DNA of 64,000 nt from Macrostomum lignano. Its lineage: Eukaryota. The notes beneath the pieces are model-generated. The model searched no databases. It was not told the origin of the DNA and saw nothing but the letters and a program-made list of their open reading frames with translations. A program made the position numbers and the translations under genes. Positions within the stretch are counted from its first letter, which is position 1. Each line of letters begins with the position of its first letter. The stretch is taken from contig NIVC01001356.1 in NCBI GenBank assembly GCA_002269645.1, positions 1-64,000 of the forward strand, given 5' to 3'. This document shows, piece after piece, positions 56,691 through 64,000 of this stretch.

Positions 56691-56758
56691 GACCTGCAAA
56701 CGGAGACGGTGGAACTCGCATGCGCGAATAAAACTGATTCATCGTCTGTTCTGTCTTA

Positions 56759-57065
56759 CCCGCATAGCAAAATTACGTATCCAATAGAAAGTGGGACGTC
56801 TCCAATACGTAACTTTTTTGGTTGCAGGAGCGTCCTTGATACGTATCCAATTTTTATGATCCTCTAAAGAAGCTCGTTTCTACAAAAATGGTGAACAGAT
56901 AATGCTTGTAATTTTATTGATTATTTATTCCACCATTTTTGTAGAAACGAGCTTCTTTAGAGGATCATAAAAATTGGATACGTATCAAGGACGTTCCTGC
57001 AACCAAAAAAGTTACGTATTGGAGACGTCCCACTTTCTATTGGATACGTAATTTTGCTATGCGGG
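56759..57065. mobile_element. 307 bp foldback MITE with 135 bp TIRs and TTA target-site duplication
   Basis: Arms 56759-56893 and 56931-57065 are reverse complements with one mismatch; 37 bp spacer; TTA on both sides. Confidence 0.88.
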
Positions 57066-57584
57066 TTAGCACAGAAAAGCCGAGACTGCTACATACCCTG
57101 TTACGCAAGTGACCTTGAGTCACGCGACCAATGTATGATCAACTTTATTTAGCATCTGACCTTGAATCACGGCGCTCGCTTGATTTTCAGGTCCAAATAA
57201 GTAAGTTGCCCCACGCTAATGACGTGATTCCCATGTTCCTTACGGAGGTCTTCACGCATAACAATACAGGCTAGCTGAGCTTAACTCTTCCACCACAGAA
57301 CTTACACGGAATGCTCAATCAGCGATTTAATGAAATTAAACTGCGTAGAAATAGATATGCGTACAAACTACTAATCCGGTGAAGAAACATAAGTAGCCAT
57401 AGACTAATACTCAAGTGTGTAGCACAAGACCACCTGATTTATTAAGTCAGTAACCAGAAACCATGCAGCAATCGAAACGTGAAACGTAGAAACCATGCAG
57501 TTAAACTGGAGCACAAAAAGTTTTGAATAGATGCAACTCAAAAAGTTGGATAAAAAACGGTGAGGTGTCATTAAAGCACTGCCA

Positions 57585-58200
57585 TTAGTTGCCAACGTTC
57601 ATTCGCAAAAATTTCTTGCTCACTGCGTCTGCGCCGAACACTTGCTTCCTCTTCCTTTGCCTTTGAGTTTCCCGTCGCTGATTGCTGCAACAATGGTGCA
57701 GCCGTAGGCGGCAATACAGCGCTGCAAAGCTGATTGCACAACTTACCGAATGGGACTCAATGTGCAGATTGAGAGCGGGCTGAATCGCTGCAGCAAATTT
57801 TCGCTGAAGGTCTTTGCCAACGCCTTTCTGTTGGAAATAGGATTTGTCACTGCCAAGAAAGATTTGCTCCATGATCCTGACGGCAGATACCAATTTGTCA
57901 CTTGGATAAGTCAGACTGGACTCTGCGATGCTCTTAAAATTGATGAAGAGTCTGCAGGAATTATCAGCAGTCTGCAATTCTGACGTGCATTCGCCGCATG
58001 GAGCATTCAAACAGCAAGTCAGATGTCTGCGTAGCAACCAGCCTGCAACATAAGAAAGCTTCTCATCTTCGATTCCATTTCCATCTGACTCAAGCAACTC
58101 AGAAAAATTAGAATCTGAGGTGACTTCGCACAACGAAGTTTGACTGTCGACATTCTGGTGCTGTTCGCAGTTTCCTGCTGGCTGCGCCACACATTTTCGC
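57585..58200 (-). pseudogene. P-element/THAP9-like transposase C-terminal fragment
   Basis: GNCE, LSYVAGWLLRR, C..C...L and LTYPSDKLVSAV..MEQIF resemble the C-terminal domain of P transposases. No THAP domain, catalytic core or TIRs found; could be an exon of a spliced or domesticated gene. Confidence 0.55.
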
Positions 58201-58591
58201 GGGTTGGACACGGCGCTGGATGGCCTCAAATGTATTAATGCAAAAATAGAAAAAAACAAATTTTGTCCAGCAAATGACAGGCGTAGATTCATGGAGTGGA
58301 AACAAAAATTTCACTGCAGGGATGGTCATTGGCTGAACAGGGAAATGTTTCCGACAAAGGAAAAATAAAAAATTAACGTGCAAATTTGAATCGGATAGTT
58401 ACGAATGAATAAATAGGATTTAGTGAATTCAATGGCATAAACAGAGGTGGCTTAACCTTAAGTCTACTTAAGTCGTCCTTGGGCAAAAGCTAGCTTGGCT
58501 TATTTAATTGGCTACTACTGTACTGTTCATACATGGCTTAAAATATAAAAGCTAATAATTATAGTACTTAATGATAATTGATAACTATAAT

Positions 58592-58895
58592 CATACATAC
58601 ACAAGCGCAAACCCCCTGATTTACATACTGGCACTGGCCGCGCATCTTAGGCCTACTTTTTGACCAAAAATGCAACTTTACCTATGAAAACCTAACTTAA
58701 GCAAAAATTCTTGTAATTTTGGGTAAATCGTGTTAGTAACTATGACTATATTGTTAAAAGGCTAAATGCCTCATCATATAATTAGTACTGTCTGTATTTT
58801 TTTGGTGTTCATTTTTGTGACTTACCTTGGCTGGGTGGCGCCTGGGCCCCTCACTAGCCAGCTAGATTGGCCATGCTGGCTGGGTGGGTATTGTA
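58592..58895 (+). mobile_element. 28S-core TIR element, copy 2, interrupted near its 3' TIR by the mariner (remainder at 60208-60215)
   Basis: Starts CATACATACACAA; shares CCAAAAATG.ACTT...AGCAAAA..TTGGGTAA with copy 1; core at 58721-58786; 3' hairpin AGCCAGC...GCTGGCT; reconstructed end TTGTACATGTATG. Confidence 0.65.
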
Positions 58896-60205
58896 CGAGG
58901 GTCACTCAGAAAGTCTTTAGCCTGAGTAGGATCCACGAGACGTAGAAGCATGAAATTTGTCTATGGTAAAGACCAACTTTTAAAAGTATCGCAGCAAAAA
59001 TTTCAAACAGAAGCAGCCACTTTTGAGTCCACTGCAGCGAGTTAAAGTCAGTTCAACCCCTGAGTTCTTCAATTCAACAATGAAGCTGGAAAATCGCGAC
59101 TTCAGAGCAATGATGTACCTGCACTTCAAGCAAGGCAAGTCGCCGGCCGAATCGTATCAAACTTTACAGAACGTTTTCACCCATGTATGTCCTTCATACG
59201 CAACCGTCAAAAACTGGTTCGCTGAGTTTCGCCGAGGTCGAGAAAGCCTCGAAGATGAACATCGATCCGGGAGACCCTGTGACGCAGTGACTCCAGAAAA
59301 TATCTGCGCTGTGTCCAGCATGATTGCCGCTGACCGGCGAGTGACCTACCAGCAGATCCAGCAGGAGATCGGTATTGGATCGGGGAGTGTGCACGCCATT
59401 ATGCACGAACACCTTGGAGTGCGGAAGCTGGCTTCCCGGTGGATCCCCCATCAGCTGTCGGACGTGCAGAAGGACACCAGGGTGGCTTGGTGCCGATTCA
59501 TGCTGCAGAAATTCGAATCCGGGACCAGCCGGCGTATCTGGGACATCCTCACGGGCGATGAGACCTGGATTTATCAATACGACCCCGAAAGCAAGCGCCA
59601 GTCAGCCATGTGGACCTTTGGAGACGAGGACAGCCCCACAAAGTTTCGACGCAGCCGGAGTGTCGGCAAGCAGATGGTGGCCTGTTTCTTCATGCGCACT
59701 GGGCATGTGGCTTCCGTTTCACTTGAAGATCGCCAGACAGTCACCGCTGACTGGTACACAACGGTTTGCCTGCCCAAGGTCTTTTCTGCTGTGAGCCAGA
59801 GGCGCCCAAGGTGCGGAATGCGTGGGGTGCTTCTGCACCACGACAACGCCAGCGCGCACACGGCGGCTCAAACTCTGGAGTTTCTGGCTGACTGTGGGGT
59901 CCAGCTGATGACTCACCCTGCTTACAGTCCAGACCTGGCACCGTGCGACTTTTTTCTGTTTCCGAAGTGCAAGGAGATTCTGAAGGGCCAGGTTTTTTCT
60001 TCACCGGAAGAAGCTGTAAATGAGTTCAAAAACATCATCGAGGAGCTCCGGGATGAGGATTGGCGGCATTGCTTCGACAGCTGGTTTCACAGGATGCAAG
60101 CCTGTATCAATGCCGGTGGAGAGTATTTTGAGCACTTGTAGTCGTTTTTTAGTTCATTTGTTGCTGTTTTCGTGTTCAGGCTAAGAACTTTCTGAGTGAC
60201 CCTCG
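58896..60205 (+). mobile_element. Full-length mariner transposon (1310 bp), irritans-like
   Basis: TA duplication at 58894-58895 and 60206-60207; 30 bp TIRs CGAGGGTCACTCAGAAAGTCTTTAGCCTGA, 28/30 identical. The subfamily call rests on the CGAGGG TIR start and is inference. Confidence 0.96.
59080..60141 (+). CDS. Mariner DD34D transposase, intact, 353 aa
   Basis: WIPHQL, TGDETW, HDNA and YSPDLAPCD motifs; 34 residues between the second and third Asp; no stops. Confidence 0.96.
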   Translation: MKLENRDFRAMMYLHFKQGKSPAESYQTLQNVFTHVCPSYATVKNWFAEFRRGRESLEDEHRSGRPCDAVTPENICAVSSMIAADRRVTYQQIQQEIGIGSGSVHAIMHEHLGVRKLASRWIPHQLSDVQKDTRVAWCRFMLQKFESGTSRRIWDILTGDETWIYQYDPESKRQSAMWTFGDEDSPTKFRRSRSVGKQMVACFFMRTGHVASVSLEDRQTVTADWYTTVCLPKVFSAVSQRRPRCGMRGVLLHHDNASAHTAAQTLEFLADCGVQLMTHPAYSPDLAPCDFFLFPKCKEILKGQVFSSPEEAVNEFKNIIEELRDEDWRHCFDSWFHRMQACINAGGEYFEHL

Positions 60206-60276
60206 TACATGTATGACAAATTCTACATATCAAAATCTTACTAAGTTTAGATTTTGTGCTAGAAAGGTTATTTTAA

Positions 60277-60669
60277 CGAAGAGCTTGCGTGCACGGCCGC
60301 CGTTCACGTAAGCTCAGAATTGCGTGCACGGCAGAGCTATATCTTATAGGCTTATACAGTAAGTCATATACTATTCGAATTAATATTCAAGTTAACAAAA
60401 AACAATGAATTAAGATTACATTTGCAGTCCATGGTGTACGGGGGATAAAACGTTATAAAACAATATAGTAAAAATATTTTTTAATTAGGTTTGCCAATGC
60501 CAATGCGTGGATTTAAGGGCCCCAGTCCCGGCCAATTGCCGGCTGCCGTGCACGCAATTACAACACTAGGTGTACGGCTGCATACATGCAAATAAAGCAC
60601 TAGGTAGATAGCCGCCGTGCACGCAATTCTGAGCTTACGTGAACGGCTGCCGTGCACGCAAGCTCTTCG
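60277..60669. mobile_element. ~393 bp MITE-like element with ~55 bp TIRs and repeated GCCGTGCACGCAA subterminal motifs
   Basis: CGAAGAGCTTGCGTGCACGGC.GCCGTTCACGTAAGCTCAGAATTGCGTGCACGGC is inverted at 60615-60669; TSD not clear. Confidence 0.72.
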
Positions 60670-61527
60670 TATTTCGTATTTTTAAACCATTTTAAACATT
60701 CTTTAAACTAAGTATCTTTAAATAGCACAATAAATAAATAAATAAAATTATATATGTTATGTTATAAACAAAGGCAAAAGCCTATGTTATAAACATAGGC
60801 TTTTGCCTTTTGCTTTATATTATATTATATTATATTATAATGCCTAATAGAGTATAAATTTATAATATATTAAAGTATCTCTAAAAACCCTATTTAACTA
60901 TATAGAGATGACTTAACCTTATTTTTCCCAAAAATTTTTTCTATATCTTTGGACAAATATAAAAAACCTAACTTTATAGCCTATTCATATTTTTATAAGT
61001 ATTTAGCTAAAAGAACTATTATTGTAAATAATATTTAAATAAATCTTTCTTTAGCTGTTAGCAATTTACTGTTTAAGCTTAGTCTTTTGGATCAAGGTAG
61101 GCCTAAATAATTTTTTCTATTTCAATATTATATATTTTAGGCCTACTACTGTTTCTAATATATTAAGTCTAATATCTATTTCACCAAAGTATTATTTGAT
61201 TTTTTGTTAAAGGTTATAAAAAATAATCAAAGAACCATTTTTTATGCTTTTCATGTTTCCAAACAAAACAAAACCATGTGTTACATTTGTAAAAATGTGA
61301 CTTCACTTTTGGTTAAAAATAATTATGGACTATTGTATCTGGTAAGTAACAATGTTTTGACCTAAAGTATTTAAGTTTGCTTTTTTTAGTTTTATATATT
61401 CATATTATTTAATATGGTAAATGAAACATAAAAAAGTTAAAACTTGCCAACTAAGCTTCAACAAACTATCAACTAAGAGGGTATATGTATACTACCTAAG
61501 GATGAGTCATTAAACATTAGCTAACAC

Positions 61528-61702
61528 CATGCATGCACAACCTCCCCCCCCCCCTAATTTACACTGGCCTTGCAACACATTTTTTAAACCAAAAATGTGA
61601 CTTACCTAATGGAAGAACCTAAGCAAAACTCAACTTTTGGGTAAGTAGCTGGAGTAACTATAACTGTATTATTAAGGCTTCATTCCTTGTCATCTAATTA
61701 GT
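61528..61702 (+). mobile_element. 28S-core TIR element, copy 3, 3'-truncated
   Basis: CATGCATGCACAACC start, shared CCAAAAATGTGACTT and AGCAAAA blocks, core at 61639-61702. Confidence 0.6.
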
Positions 61703-61764
61703 ACTATGTAGCACCTAGATGCAGATGCTAGGACAAATAAAGAACACAATTCTCAATTCCACAG

Positions 61765-63541
61765 GCAAGACAGCGAAGTCGACTTTTGTCAAGCAGCAAT
61801 TTGACCAGCGCCTCTGGCATCGCCTGCGGGCCTCCCTCCGCAACCGCCTGCGACCTACCCCAGCTGCCAAGACAAATTCGTCGACCATGGCTATCAAATT
61901 CTACTACTATTAGTAGTGCAGAAGTTCGCTCTAGATTCATTGAACATTTCTCATCTGGTAGTTCTTCGTCGAAGCTCCAGCACACTGTGGTGCCATCGTC
62001 CTCCGTGATTGCACGCGAAGGCGAGGGCTCGTTCTTTATCAATGCCGGAATGAACCAGTTTAAATCGAGAATATTAGGCGAACCTAATGCTAAATTTGCC
62101 GGTGTAAATCGAGCTGTTAGTGCACAGCGTTGTCTCCGAGTTGGCGGTCGTCAGCACAATGATTTAGAATCGGCTGGTCGTGATGGAAGCCATCACAGCT
62201 TCTTTGAGATGCTCGGAAATTGGTCGTTTGGAGATTATTGGAAACGGGAGGCCTGTAGCATGACTTGGAAGTTTCTTACTGAGGTGAGAATTATTGTCTT
62301 TTTTAAATTATTAGTTCTTACTGCTTTGAGTTGATTCAAAGTTCCAAGGCTCACCAACCCTGATTTCTCAGAATCCTTGATCCTGGGCCTTCCAATCGAG
62401 ATTTCTTAGAATCGTTGATCCAGGGCCCAACAACCCAGATTTCTTAAAATCATTGATCCAGGGCCCACCAACCCAGATTTCTTAAAATCATTGATCCAGG
62501 GTCCTCCAATCCCAATTTATTAAAATATTGGATCCAGGGTCCTCCAAATCTAATTTCTTAAAAGCATTGCTCCAGGGTCCACCAACCCTGATTTCTTAGA
62601 ATCATTATTGATCCAGGGACTACAACCCTGATTTCTTAGAATCGTTGATCCTGGGCTCTCCAATCCAGATTTCTTAGAATCGTTGATCCAGGGCCCACCA
62701 ACCCAGATTTCTTAAAATCATTGATCCAGGGTCCTCCAATTCTAATTTCTTAAAAGCATTGATCCAGGGTCCACCAACCCTGATTTCTTAGAATCATTAT
62801 TGATCCAGGGACTACAACCCTGATTTCTTAGAATCATTATTGATCCAGGGACTACAACCTTGATTTCTTAGAATCGTCGATCCAGGGTTTTCTAATCCTG
62901 TTTTCTAGAATCGTTGATCCAGGGTCCTCCAATCTTGATTTCTTAGAATCGTTTATCCAGGGCCCACCAACCCAGATTTCTTAGAATCGTTTATCTAGGA
63001 CCCACCAACCCAGATTTCTTAGAATCGTTGATCCAGGATCCACAAACCCTGATTTCTTAGAATCTTTAATCCTGGGTCCACCAACCCTGATTTCTTAGAA
63101 TTTACCAAGCAACCCTGATTTTTACCAAGCAAAATGAAATTGCCCCCACAGACGATGAAGCTGCCAGCTTCCCAGCTCTATGTCACCTATTTCGGCGGCT
63201 GCCCGGAGCTCGGTCTGCCTGCAGATTCCGAAACTCGCGACATCTGGTTAAGCCTCGGTGTTAGCGACCAACGCCTGTTGCCATTCGGAATTGAGCACAA
63301 TTTCTGGGAAATGGGCGACACCGGGCCCTGCGGCGTGAGCACCGAAATTCATTTTGATCACGTTGGCGGCCGGTGCGCCAGGTGTTTTGTTAATACTGCG
63401 GTGCCGGACGTTGTGGAACTGTGGAATCTTGTGTTTATGGATCGGTTGAGAACTGCTGCTGGTAAAACGGAATTGAAGAGTCTAGGAATGAGAACTGTTG
63501 ACACTGGTATGGGTTTGGAACGGCTGACGGCTCTTATGCAG
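61765..63541 (+). CDS. AARS2: Alanyl-tRNA synthetase, mitochondrial type, partial (exons 61765-62283 and 63152-63541; continues beyond the window)
   Basis: FINAGMNQFK, QRCLRVGG.HNDL, HHSFFEMLGNWSFGDY, ETRDIWLSLGV, NFWEMGDTGPCG, VELWNLVFM, VDTGMGLERL; Arg/Ser-rich N-terminal extension. Start codon unresolved. Confidence 0.9.
62350..63110. repeat. ~38 bp intronic minisatellite (GATCCAGGGCCCACCAACCCAGATTTCTTAGAATCGTT)
   Basis: Fills the AARS2 intron. Confidence 0.88.
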
Positions 63542-63654
63542 GTGAGGTTGACGTTATTGTTCGGGATTAGCTTTAAGAGTACAGGGTTTATGATCTTTGT
63601 TCCCCATCAGAATTTTAGATTTCTATAATCTGTTTTACTCAGAATCCCAGGTTG

Positions 63655-64000
63655 TTGTTTTTGTTTCACTTAGAATCCTAGCTTTTCATACAATCTTTGT
63701 TTCACTCAGAATCCTAGCTTTCCAGACAGTCTTTGTTTCACTCAGAATCCTAGCTTTCCATACAGTCTTTGTTTCACTCAGAATCCTAGCTTTCCATACA
63801 GTCTTTGTTTCACTCTGAATCCTAGCTTTCCATACAGTCTTTGTTTCACTCAGAATCCTAGCTTTCCATACAGTCTTTGTTTCACTCAGAATTCTAGGTT
63901 TCTCTACAGTCTTTGTTTCACTCAGAATCCTAGGTTTCTCTACAGTCTTTGTTTCACTCAGAATTCTAAGTTTCTCTACAGTCATTGTTTCACCCAGAAT
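63655..64000. repeat. 36 bp intronic minisatellite (GTTTCACTCAGAATCCTAGCTTTCCATACAGTCTTT)
   Basis: Translates as 12-aa repeats; runs off the window end. Confidence 0.9.

Overview
Animal (metazoan) genomic DNA with spliceosomal GT-AG introns, and almost every intron carries its own micro- or minisatellite. The style (GC3-rich exons, polyQ tracts, 17-25 bp intronic arrays) resembles the flatworm Macrostomum, which is inference only. Most long ORFs in the supplied track are translated tandem repeats, not genes. Manual splicing recovers: a DLC1/STARD13-family RhoGAP-START gene (+, 24502-30103, 5' part possibly at 11887-17458); a complete 5-exon atypical tetraspanin (-, 18837-23515); an intronless cytosolic sulfotransferase (-); a 5-exon FBXO33-like F-box gene (-); a 12-exon DEG/ENaC channel whose extracellular loop carries two kringle domains and a WSC domain, with the WSC exon nested inside kringle 1 (+, 49679-54216); and the 5' exons of a mitochondrial-type alanyl-tRNA synthetase. 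Mobile DNA comprises an intact DD34D mariner, DIRS/Ngaro, Tc1-like, P-element and LINE relics, two LTR+PBS(tRNA-Leu) 5' ends, a CORE/Meta-type SINE and two MITE-like elements. There is also a ~300 bp TIR-bounded family whose core is a ~65 nt piece of 28S rRNA (helix 69-71, the R2/I-PpoI/Pokey target region), present as three copies plus one relic. The kringle/WSC channel and the 28S-core element are the best candidates for undescribed biology.
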